Shown piece by piece: positions 23,201-35,200 of a DNA stretch of 64,000 bases; the first letter of the stretch is position 1, and every line of letters begins with the position of its first letter. Below the pieces are notes generated by a model. The model was not told the origin of the DNA. It saw only the letters and a list, made by a program, of their open reading frames with translations, and searched no databases. The stretch is from an uncultured bacterium (GTDB lineage: Bacteria > Acidobacteriota > Thermoanaerobaculia > Multivoradales > JAHZIX01): positions 64,001 through 128,000 of the forward strand of contig CBDUPA010000019.1 in the NCBI GenBank assembly GCA_965368975.1, read 5' to 3'. The position numbers and the translations under genes are program-made.

Positions 23201-26200
23201 TCCCAGGTAGCGCACGATGCCGAAGGGAATGCCCCCCTCCGGCAGGGCTCGCAGCTGCCGCCGCACGCTGCGCAGGTCCGCGGCCGCCTCCGGCGCTTCA
23301 TCCAGGGGCAGCAAGACCGGGAACAACGCGGTGAACCAGCCGGCGACGTCGCTGCACTCGACACCGGGCAGATCGCGCCCGTGCCGCTCCAGGTCCAGCC
23401 AAAGAGCTGTGCTTTCGGCGCGGTCGGGCCAGGCGCGCGCCAGCACAGCGAGCAAGACCTCGTCGACCTTCATGCGCAGACGGCTGCTTACCGGACCGAG
23501 CAGACGCGTGGTCAGCTCGCGGTCGAACTCGACGTCGAGACTGGCGGTGCGCTGTGGCTCGGCGGCTTCGACCGCCGTGGGCAGAATCGTCGACGGACGT
23601 GACCCCAACCACGGCTCCAGCCAGCACAGCGCGCCGTCCAGGGTGCGGGAATCGTGCGCCAGACGGACCTGGGCCTGCGCCCAGTCGCGGAAGCTCGCCG
23701 ACGACCGTGCCGCAGCCCCGAACTCGCTGCCTGCCGCGGAGGCCAGAGCCGCGTAGCCCGCAGCCACATCGGAGAGCAGCAGACGCCAGGTCACGCCATC
23801 GACCACCAGGTGGTGGGCACACCACAGCAGCTCGGCCGGCGCGGTGCCGTAGGTGAGCAAGAGCACGCGCAGCAGCGGCCCGCGCGCGAGGTCGAAGCGA
23901 CCCTGAAGGGCCTCGCCCAGGCGCCGGGCTTCCGACTCACGCGCGGCCGGCGCCAGGCGTTCGAGATCGACATGCACCAGGCTGTCGAGCTGGCGCGCTT
24001 CAGCTCGCGACGCGTAGCGCTGCTGCCAGGTGCCACCGTCCTTGCCCGGACGCTGATCGAAGCGCAGACGCAGCGCGTCGTGACGTTCGGGCAGCTGCCG
24101 CAAGACCCGTCGCAGCAACGCCGGATCGAGCGGCGGATCGCCAGCGTCGCGCAGCCACCACGCCTGGTTGAAGTGGTGCGGGTCGCGCACGCCGGGACGC
24201 AGGAACCAGTGCTGGATCGGCGTCAGCGGAACCGGCCCCTCGAGCAGCCTGTCGGAACTGGGAGTGGTGGCGAAAGCTGGACCGGACTCGGCGACAGCGA
24301 CTCCCCCGCTACCCTGCTCCACGCCACTCTGCTGCAGGAGGGCCGCCAGCGCTCCCAGCGTCGGGTGCTCGAAGAGTTGACGCGGCGTCAGCGTGAGGCC
24401 GGCCTTGCGCGCCTGCGACACGACCTGGATGCTGAGGATCGAGTCGCCACCCAGCTCGAAGAAATGGGCATCGGCTCCCGGCAGGGTCTCCAGCCCCAGA
24501 ACCTGCTGCCACACTTCGGCCAGGCGAGCCCCCGTCGAGCCGAGCGTCGCAGAGGCCTCGGCCGTTCGCTCGAGGGCCGTGTCCTGCGCAGCTCCGTCCA
24601 TGGCCGTGCCTTCCATGGCCGTGCCTTCCATAGGGAGTGACCGCCGCGCCAGTTGGCTGCGGTCCACCTTGCCGTTGGGCAGCTGCGGCAAGGTCTCCAG
24701 CATCTCGATGCGCGACGGCACCATGTAGACCGGTAGACGGGTCCCGAGATGTGCCAGCAGGCGTCGACGCAGGCCATCCTCGTCCGGACTGTTCGCGACG
24801 CTGTCGCCTCGCTCCGCGGCCGGCTCGACGTAGGCGACCAAGCGCGTGCCCGCGTGCACCACGGTCACCGCGCGGCGCACCTCCGGGTGGCCGGCCAGCA
24901 GCGACTCGATCTCGCCCAGCTCGATGCGGAACCCGCGCAGCTTCACCTGGTGGTCGAGACGGCCCAGGTAGTCGAGTCGACCGTCGGCCAGGCGCCGCAC
25001 CAGATCGCCAGTGCGGTACATCCGCGAACCGCCTATTCTCAGCGCGGCACCATCACGGTCCGATTCGTGCCTGCACGGGCGTCCAGCGGCCAGCCCGGTG
25101 GCCAGCCCAGCGGCGAGTGCCGTAGCAAGTACTGGCACCGCGGGCAGGAAACGCTCAGCGGTCAGTGCCGGCCGCCCCAGGTAGCCGCGAGCGAGTCCGC
25201 CACCACTGAGATGCAGATCTCCCGCGACGCCGACCGGCTGCACGCGCGCATGGCGATCGAGAACGGCGGCGGTGGTCCCGGGCAGCGGCAGACCGAGTGT
25301 CACGCGCACGCCGTCTGGCGTGGACTTCAGCCGCGTGCCGGTCGAATAGGTCGTGTCTTCGGACGGGCCGTAGAGGTTGCGCAGCTCGACCCGCGGACGC
25401 AGCTGCAGCAGCTGCCCCGCAAGCGTCGGCGGCAACGGCTCTCCCGCCAGGTTGACCGCAGCCAGCGCCGGCGGCAGTGCGGCTTCTCCGTCTTGCTCCA
25501 GCGCCACCAGGGCGGTGAGTGCCGAGGGCACCGTGTTGACCAGCGAGACGCGCGCGGCGGCACGCAGGTGCGGCAGCTGCAAGGCGTTGGCCGCGAGCAC
25601 GACGCTGCCGCCGTGGACCAGCGGCGTGAAGAGTTCGAACACCGACAGGTCGAAGCACACCGACGTCGCCGCCAGGGTGCCCGCGAGCTGCGCCGCCGTG
25701 AAGGTCTGCCCGGCCCAGCGCATGCGCGCCACGGCCCGCCTGTGCTCGATCGCCACTCCCTTGGGCTTGCCGGTCGAGCCCGAGGTATAGATGACGTACG
25801 CTAGGCGCTCCGGACGGCTGTGATCCGGGAAGTTGTCCAGAGAATCGGCCAGGCTCGCCCCGGTCCGCTGCTCCTCCTCTGCGAGCGACACCTCTGCGAG
25901 CGACACCTCCACCAGCAACGCCGGATCCACCACCTCCACACCCGACGAACTCTCGCCACCGTCGCTGATCAGCAGCAGCGCGGCACCGGAGTCCTGCAGC
26001 ATGAAGACGGTGCGCTCGGCCGGATAGGCCGGATCGAGGGGGACATAGGCCGCCCCGGCGCGCAGCACGCCGAGCAGGCTCTCGACCAGCAGCGGTGTTC
26101 GCGGCAAGGCGACGCCGACGCGGGGCTCCGCCTCGGAACCCGTCAAGGCCTCCGCTGGCGCGATTCGGTCTGCGACCCCGGTAGCAATGCGGCCGGCACG

Positions 26201-29200
26201 GCGCCACAACTCGCGGTAGCTCACGTGCCGGGAACCGGCGACCAGGGCCACGGCCTCCGGCACGCGTCCAGCACTGGCGGCGACCAGCGAGGCGAGAGTC
26301 TCGCTAGCAAGAATGTCGCCGGTAGCCTTCCGCAGCGAGGCGGGGCCGTGCCACTCCTGGGCGAGCTGATGGCACTCGGCCGGGCTGAGCAGCTCGAGCC
26401 GTCGCAGGCGTTGTTGCGGCTCGGCCGCGAAGCCGGCAAGCAGCTGTCGATAGTGACCGAGCAGGCGCCGGATCGTCGTCGCGTCGACAAGGGCCGGCCG
26501 GTACTCGGCATCGAGACGCAGCGTACGAACACCGGCACCGTCCCGCAGCGGCGTGACGCTCAGACTGAGGTCGTACTTGGCGCCTCCAGCCGCGACCGAC
26601 AGCGGTCTCACTTCGACGCCCGGCAAGCCCACCGGAGCCGCCGACGGTGCCTCGGTGTTCTGCAGCACCAGCAGGGTTTGGATCAGGGGCTCGCGGTCGA
26701 GTCGACGTTCCGGCTGCAACGCCGCCACCAGCTGACTGAAGGGCAGATCCTGGTGGGCGTAGGCTTCGAGCGTCACGGCGCGCACGCGCTCTAGCACCTC
26801 GGCGACCGTCGGTCCGCCGGACGTCGTCGAGCCACCGAGATCGAGGCGCAGAGGCAAGGTGTTGACGAACACACCGAGCAGCGGTTCCAGCTGCTGCTGC
26901 GTGCGTCCCGCCACCGGCGTGCCGACGGCCAGGTCGGTCGCGGGATCGCCAGCGCCGCCGTGGCGGCTGAGCAGTTCGCCGAAGGCAGCCAGCAGCACCA
27001 TGAAGACCGTCAAGCCAGAACCAGTCAAGCCCGACGAGCGTGTCAGCTCTTCGATGGCAGCGGTCTCGGCCGGCGTCAGCGTCTCCAACAAGCGAGCACC
27101 ACGCGCCGCCTCAGCCGTGTCGACCGTCGACCGTGGACGATCGACCGGCAGTTCGACCGGCGGCGGCGGCGGATCCAGCCGGCGGCGCCAGACGCGCAAC
27201 AAGTCTTGCAGCCGTTCGCCCTGGAGCTGGCGGCGCTGAGCGACGGCGAAGTCGGCGTACTGCAGAGGCAGGGGTGGGATGGAGGCCGCTTCGTCGCCAT
27301 AGAAGGCACCGACCTCAAGCCACAGGCGATGCCACGACCAGCCGTCGGCGACGGTGTGGTGCAGCTCGATCAACAAGCGGTGCTTCGGCTCAGAGAGGTG
27401 CTTTGTGGCGGAGTCAGGAGCCGAGGGCAAGCGCAGCAACACAGTGCGCAGCAAGGGACCGCGCGAGAGATCGAAGCGACGCCCGGCCGCGCGGGCCAGC
27501 AGCTGGTCCGCGAGTGTGCCCACTGCGATAGCCGCCACTTCGGAACTGCTCCCCGCCAGCGCCCCTAGGTCGACGACAGGCAGCGCGGTACTCGCGCGCA
27601 CGATCGGCGACGAGGCGGGCAGGATCTCCTGGTAGGGACGCCCGTCCAGTTCGGGCAAGCGCGTGCGCAGCACTTCGTGCCGCTCGACGACCCGCCGCAA
27701 CGCCGCGCGCAAGCGCGCCACGTCCAGACGGCCGCGCAGCTCCAGGGCCGCCGGCAAGTTGTACGCGGTGCCACTGTCTTCCAGGCGCTCCAGGAACCAC
27801 AGGCGCTCCTGGGCAAAGCTCAGGGGCGGATGCTGGGGTCGCGGCGGTAGCAGGTCCAGATCGAGGTCGACCGCATCGAGAGGGATGACTCGATCGGCCT
27901 CGGCTGCGGCCGACAAGCCAGGGTCCCGCGCCTCGAGCAAGCCCGCCAGGGCGTGGGGCGTCGACGCCGTGAACAGCTCAGGCAACGACAGCTCGGCCCC
28001 GATTTCGTCGCGCAGCAGCGACAGGAAGCGGGTGGCGAGCAGGGAGTCGCCGCCCAGCTCGAAGAAGTCATCCTGCGCACCGACCTCGGGCACGCCCAGC
28101 AAACGGCCGAGCAGCGCGGCGATGCGGCCGGCGACAGTATCGTCGATGTCCGAGGGCGCAACGGCCGACGAAGCGACCTCCACCTCCGCGTCGACTCGCA
28201 GGGGCATTGAAGGGGCCGAATGGGGCTGGGCGGGGCCCGTCTCGCCAGCCCACAGCGGTGCTATGCCGTCCAGCTCGACCCAATGACGCTGCCGCTGGAA
28301 GGCGGTTCCCGGCAGGTGCCGGCGCCGCGGTGTCTGGGTCGCCGAGCCGTCGAAACGCTGCCAATCGACATCGGCGCCCGCCAACCACAGACGTCCCAGC
28401 GCCTCCAGTGCACGGGCTCGATCGTCCTCCTGGGCCTCGGCAGCATCGCTTTGCCGGCGCATCGACGCAATGGCGGTCACCGGCTTTCGGCTCGGGACAT
28501 CACTCTTGGGTTGCAGGCCATCCTGTCGCAGCGTCTGGCGCGCCAGGCTGCCGAGGGTGCGGCCCGGTCCGACTTCCAGTAGCACCAGGTCCTCGAGTTG
28601 ACTCAGGCACTCGACGCCGTCGGCGAAGCGTACGGACCGGCGCAGGTGACGGGCCCAGTAGTCCGGATCCTGGGTCTGCTCGGCGGTCACCCAGTCGCCG
28701 GTCAGGTTGGAGATGTACGGCAGGGTGGGTGGACGCAGCTCGACGCGGCCGACCGCTTCGGCGAAGGCAGCGCAAATCGGCTCCATCATCGCCGAGTGGA
28801 AGGCGTGGTCGGTCGGCAGGCGGCGGCAGCTGATGCCGTCCGCTTCGAGCCGCGCCTGCATCGCTTCGACCGCCGCGACCGGCCCGGTCAGCACGCACAC
28901 GGACGGTGCATTCACGGCCGCGACTTCGACCCGCTCGCCTGGGTTACCAGCTTCGTCCTGGGACGCTTGCAGGTAGCGCGCTTCGATGTCGCTGCCGGCA
29001 GCCGCCACGCTGACCATGGCACCACCGTCCAGCGGCTCCATCAATTCTCCACGCAGCGCCATCAGGTCGAGCGCGTCGCGCAAGCTCAGCACGCCGGCCA
29101 GCGTCGCAGCCGCGTACTCGCCGACGCTATGGCCGAGCAGCGCTACCGGTTCGATCCCCCAGTGCTGCCACAGTCGCGCCAGTGCCACCTCGACCAGCAG

Positions 29201-32200
29201 CAACGCTGGCTGCGCCCAGCGCGTGCGCCGCAGCTGTGCCGCGGCCTCGCTGTCGTCGGCGGGCGCGTGCAGCAGGGTGCGCAGATCAAGCCCCAGGCGC
29301 GAGCGCAGGTGCTCGGCTCCCTCGTCGATCCAGCGCCGGTACTCGGGCTCGGTCTCGTACAGGGCCGCGCCCATGCTGGGGAACTGGCTCCCCTGCCCCG
29401 GCAGCAGGAAGGCGACGCGCGGCCGGGCACTGCCGGCGGTGATCGCGCGCAGGTGTGCAGGCACGTCGCGGCTGCGCAGCGCGCGCATGGCTCCGGCCAC
29501 ATCGCGGCACACCACCAGGCGACGTGTCGGCCAGCGTGGACGGCCGCTGCGCAGCGTATGCGCCACATCCGCCAGATCGGGGGCGGCCAGATCGGGGGCG
29601 ATGCGCTCGGAGACGACCTGCTCGTCCAGCCAGGTCGCCAAGTCCTCGCAAGTGGTGTGCAGGGCCGCCGGTGTGTGCGCCGATAACAGCAGCAGGTGCC
29701 AGGCGTCCCCGGCGGCGCTCTCGGCGGGTGGCTTCGGCTCGTCGGCGACAGCTCCGGCGATCGCGGAAGGTGCCTGCTGCAGCACGACGTGCGCGTTGGT
29801 GCCGCCGAGCCCGAAGGCACTGACACCCGCACGGCGCGGCAGCTCGGAGGACGGCCAGGACTCGGCCTGGCCGCTGACGTAGAAAGGCCCCTCCTCGAAG
29901 GGAGCCGCCGGATTGGCCGTCTCGAAGCCGGCGGTCGGCGGTACGACGCCATGACGCAGCGCCAGCACCGTCTTGATCAGGCCAGCGATCCCCGCCGCCG
30001 CGCCCAGGTGACCGATGCTCGCCTTGACGGCACCCAGGGGTCGCCGGTCGTCGACCTCGGCGAACGCCCGGTTGAGCGCCGACACTTCGATCGGATCGCC
30101 CAGCTGCGTGCCCGTGCCGTGCGCCTCGACATAGCCGATCGTGGCCGCCTCGACCGCAGCGTCGGCGTGCGCGGCCGCGATCACGCGGGCTTGGGCCTCG
30201 ATGCTCGGGGCGGTGAAGCCGGCTTTGTGCTTGCCGTCGTTGTTGACCGCCGAGCCCAGCACGAGGGCATGAATCGGGTCCCCCGAGGCCAAGGCATCAT
30301 CGAGCCGACGCAAGGCCACCAAGCCAGCACCACTACCCCAGACGGTGCCGTCGGCCGCCGCATCGAAGGCTCGGCAGCGACCACTCAGCGCATCGATGCC
30401 GCCTTCTTCGTACAGATAGCCCGTGACCTGCGGCACCTTGATCGACACACCACCGGCCAGGGCCAGGTCGCAGTCACCCGCGCGCAGTGCACGGCACGCC
30501 AGGTGCACCGCCACCAGGGCGGTGGAACACGCCGTCTGGACGCTGACGGCGGGGCCGCTGAGCCCCAGGCGGTAAGCCAGCTGGGTGACGAAGTAATCAC
30601 GGTCCGCGCCCATCGCCAGCTGGTAGGCGCCCACCTCGCGCAGCAGGTTGGGATCGCGTTGCAGGTAGTGCAAGAAGTAGGTGGAGAGCGTGCCACCGGC
30701 GAAAACGCCGATCGAGCCGGCAAAGCGTTCGGGATCGACCGCAGCATCGTCGAGAGCGAGACGCGCGGTCTCGAGCAACAACCGCACCTGCGGATCGAGC
30801 AGCTGAGCCTGACGCGGCGTCAGCCCGAAGTGCTCGGCGTCGAAGTCCTCGACACCGTCGAGCACGCCCCGACCGCGCACCAACTTCGGATGCGTCACCA
30901 GCTCGGCAGGCAGGCCCGCCGCCAGCAACTCTTCGTCGGTGAAGCGGCGCACCGCCTCGCGACCGTCGAGCAGCTGCCGCCAGAAGGCGTCGACATCGGG
31001 CGCACCCGGGAACCGGCCCGCCATGCCGACGATGGCGATCGGTACGGCACTCTCGCCAACACCGGCACTGGCACTGGCACTGGCACCGGCCGGCCGAGAC
31101 GCTTGCAGCACCTGGGCTCGGACCGCCGGCTCCGACGTCTCCAGCAGGCGTGCCAGGTAGCGAGCCTGCCCGCGCACCGTCGGATGCGCGAACAGCTCGA
31201 CCAGCGGCAGCTCACGGCCCGCCAGCTGCTGCAAGCGCGCGTGCAGACGCACCAGCAGCAGCGAGTGACCGCCGAGGTCGAAGAAACTGGCTTCCGGGTC
31301 GACCGCTGGCACTTCGAGCAACTCGGCCCACAACGCCTCGATGTCGCGCTCCAGCCGTTCTTCCGGCGTCGAGCCGGGCAGCAGCGGCGCGGCGGCCAGT
31401 TCGGCTCCAGAAACGGCTCCAGGCACTACCTGTGCCGACGAAGCCAGTACCGACGAAGCCAGTACCGACGAAGCCAGTGCCGACGAAGCCAGCGCCGGCA
31501 GACGCTGGGCCAGGGCGCGGCGATCGACCTTGGCGTTGGCGGTCAGCGGTAGTCGATCGAGGACCTCGAAGGCCGCGGGCACCATGTAGGCCGGCAGACG
31601 CTGCAGCAACGCGGCGCGTACCGCTCCGGGGTCGATCCCGCCCGTGGCAACGGCCCCCGCCGATCCCGCCTGGGGCACAAGGAACGCGACCAGGCGACTG
31701 GCCACTCCCAGCTGCGGTCCCCTCAGCCCAGTACTACTGCTCGGGCCCTGCGCCAGCACCACCGCCTCGCGCACCTCTGGCAGGGCCACTAGGACCGCTT
31801 CGATCTCCGCCGGTTCGACGCGGAACCCGCGAATCTTGATCTGCTTGTCCCGGCGACCGGCGAACGCGACTTCGCCATTGGGTAGATAGCGGCCGAGATC
31901 GCCGGATCGATAGAGGCGAATCTGCGACTGGGTGCGGGCAGCGTCAGGATGGACTACATCCGGTGTGAACGCCAGAGCCGTGGCGCGGGGATCGTCCAGG
32001 TAGCCGCGCGCCAGGTGCGGACTGCGCACGGCGATCTCGCCCAATTCGCCGACGCCCGCCGGGCGGTGGTCGCGATCCAGCACCAGCAACTGCACATCGC
32101 GCATGCCGTGCCCGAGCGGCAGCACGGGACGCGCAACATCGGCCGCCGAGGCGACGTGGTACGAAACCGCTCGCTGGGTCTCGGTCGAGCCGTAGAGGTT

Positions 32201-35200
32201 GACCACGGTGACCGACGGCGCCAGCTGCCGCAGGCGCTCGACATCGCGACCACGCAGCGCCTCTCCCACCAGCAGGACTCGGCGCAGCGCGGGCAGGCGC
32301 ACTGGTTGCGCACGGACAGCCTGCGCACGGACAGCCTGCGCACGGATCGTGTCGCCTTCGCACAAGACCTGTCCCAGCGCTGGCGTCAAGTGAGCGACCG
32401 TCACCCCGACCTCGGCCATCCAGGCGGCCAGCCGACCGGCAGCGGTCAAGTCTCGGGGATCGGGAACGGCGAGCTCAGCGCCCAGGAAAATCGGCGTGAA
32501 CAGGTCGCGCTGCAGCGGATCGTGACCAAGGCCAGAGAGCAGGCTGAAACGGTCGTCCGGTCCCATTTCCAGCGTCGCGCACTGCCAGGGCAGGAAGTGA
32601 GTCAGCGGTCCGTGGCGCCCCTCGATTCCCTTGGGGACGCCAGTGGAGCCGGAGGTGAAGGCGACCAGCGCCAGGTCTTCGGGACCGATCTCGACGTCGG
32701 GCACGGCGGTTCCGGTCGTCGGTAGGCCTGTCGTCGGCAACTTCTGGACGAAGTCGAGGGTCTCGGCTTGGCTGCCGACCGGCAGCTGCAGCAGGGAGGC
32801 CGTGCGCTGCTGGCACCAGGTCGCGACACTGGGACCCTCTTCGTCGCGCGCCGGCGCCAGGCTAGACAGCACCGCGGTTTCTGCCGCTGGTGGCAAGAGT
32901 TCCAACACGGCGCTCGGTCGCGCCGCATCGAGCATCTGAGCACGACGCACGGCTGGCCACGCCGGGTCGAGCAGGACCAGCGCGGCCCCCGCCTTGAGAA
33001 CGCCGAGGACCGCCGGCAGCAACACCGCGGCACGCCACGTCAGGATCGCCACGCGGTCGCCGCGCCGTACCTCGTGCGCCACCAGCCAAGCCGCCAGCGC
33101 GTCACTGACGACCGCGACCTCGCCATAGCTCCAAACGCCGTGTCGATCCCGCACCAGGGGCCTCTCCGGCTGGCGACGCGCGTGCTCGGCGAAGTGCTGG
33201 TGGATCGGGCCGTGCCAGCTGGTCTCCAGGATCTGTCGTGGGTCTGGCAGCAGCTGCGCCGCCTCGACAGTGCGCAAAGGCAATGCCGCCAGCTGCTGAT
33301 CAGGGTCCGCCACTGCCGCCGTCAGCAGCGTTGCCAGCTGGCGGGGCCAATCCTCCATGCGCGCGGCGTCGAACAGCGCGGCGTCGTAGTGTAGCTCCCA
33401 GCGCAAGCCGCCATCCGCCAGTTCCTCAATGTAGAAGGTGACGTCGAACTTGGCCGGCAGTTCCGGCGGCGTCAGCAGGTCGACCTCCAAACCGGCCAGC
33501 GTCGGCGTCACCGGCGGCAGGTTGAGCAGGTTGACGAAGACCTGGAACAGGGGCGTTCGAGCCGGGTCCCGCTCCGGGCGCAAGCGCTCCAGCAGCGCCT
33601 CGAACGGGACGTCCTGATGCCCGAAGGCCCCGATTGCGGCGGAACGGACGCGTTCCAGGAGTTGCAGGAAGCTCAGCCGAGGCGTCACCTGGGCCCGCAG
33701 CACCAGGCTGTTGAGAAATAGGCCCACGATGCTCTCGGTCTCGACGTGCTGGCGCCCGGCCACCGGCGTGCCGATCGCGATGTCCGTCTGACCGCTGTGG
33801 CGGGCCAGCAAGACCTGGATCGCCGCCGTCAGCACCATGAACAGCGTCGCTCCGCCGCGCCGCGCCAGCGCCCGCACGCCATGGACCAGGGTCGCGGGCC
33901 AGTGTTGATGAACACTGCCACCCGAGGCATCGGGGTCTCGTCGCGGCGGTCGTGGACGGTCGGTGGGGAGTTCGAGGACTTCCAGCCCCTCCAACGTCTC
34001 GGACCACCAGTCGAGCTGTGCCTGTGCCCGCCGGGCGACAAAGCCGCGCTGCCAGAGCGCGAAGTCGGGGTACTGCAGGCGCGCGGGCGATTCCGTGTGC
34101 CTCGCGCCCTGTCGCTCTCCTGGGCGCTCGCCTGGCTGGTCGTTTGGCTGGTCGCCTGACTGGTCGCCTGGCTGGCCCGCCTGCCAGCCCGCCTGCAGAT
34201 CACGCATCATGAGCCCGAGCGACCAGCCGTCGGCGGCGATGTGGTGAACGTTGAGGTGCAGGTGGTGCCGGTCACTAGCCAACCGCAGCAGCAGTGCCTT
34301 CAGCACCGGGCCGCGCGACAGGTCGAACGACCGGCCACCATGCGCCGCGCCCAGTTGCCGCGCCACGGCGTCGGCTTCGGCGGCATGCGCATGAGAAAGC
34401 GTCAAGCGGCGCAGATCGATCACGGGCAGCCGTAGCGCCGCCGGCTCCTGCACGATCTGCCGAGGCTCATCGCTGGTATTGGACACGAAGACCGTGCGCA
34501 GCGCCTCGTGGCACGCCACCAGGTGGTCGAGCGCGGCGCTCAGCCTGGCGACCTGGAAGGTCCCGATCAGTCGCAGACCCGCGGCAATGTTGTACGCCGC
34601 GGACCCGACCTGGAGTCGGTCGAGCAACCACAGACGTTGCTGCGAGTACGACAGGGGAAGTTCGCGCAGCCCTGGCGGCCGGACGGTAGGGGCTTCCTCG
34701 TAGGTTACCTCTTCGATGGAGGCCTGCTCGATGCCCACTTCCCCGATAGGGACCTGCTCGACGGATGCCTGCTCGATGGCTACTGGCGGCGCTGGCACGG
34801 AGAGCGGCAGCTCGGACCAGCGCAGCAAGGCTTGTCGCCGCGCGCCGGCCGGCAGGCTAGGGAGTTGGAGATGGGGTAGCTGCTCGAGCGGCGTGTCGGG
34901 CTGCGCCAGAATCACCTCGAGCAGGTTGGCGATGTCATCCACCCAGCGCAGTGCCGTCGCGTCGTCGAACAGGTCACGAGCGAAGGTGAGCTCACCGCGC
35001 AAGCCCTCGGGCCAGCGCTGCACCATCAGGGTGAGGTCGAACTTCTCCGCCGGCAGGACGGGCGCGGCCGAGACGTCGAGGCCATGCAAGGCAGGTGGCT
35101 CGAGCACCCGGTCATTCCACGCCAGCATGGTCTGGAACAGGGGCGAGCGGCTGCGCTCCGGTCTGGTTTCGAGCGCCTCGGCCAGGCGTTCGAAGGGCAG

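Larger units (their letters stand above)
22860..27830 (-). other. Module C-A(Ala)-T-E (D-Ala)
   Basis: C motif HHTVADG; code DLFNNALTYK (Ala type); T motif GGDSI; E motif HHLVVDGVTW at ~23805. Confidence 0.8.
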
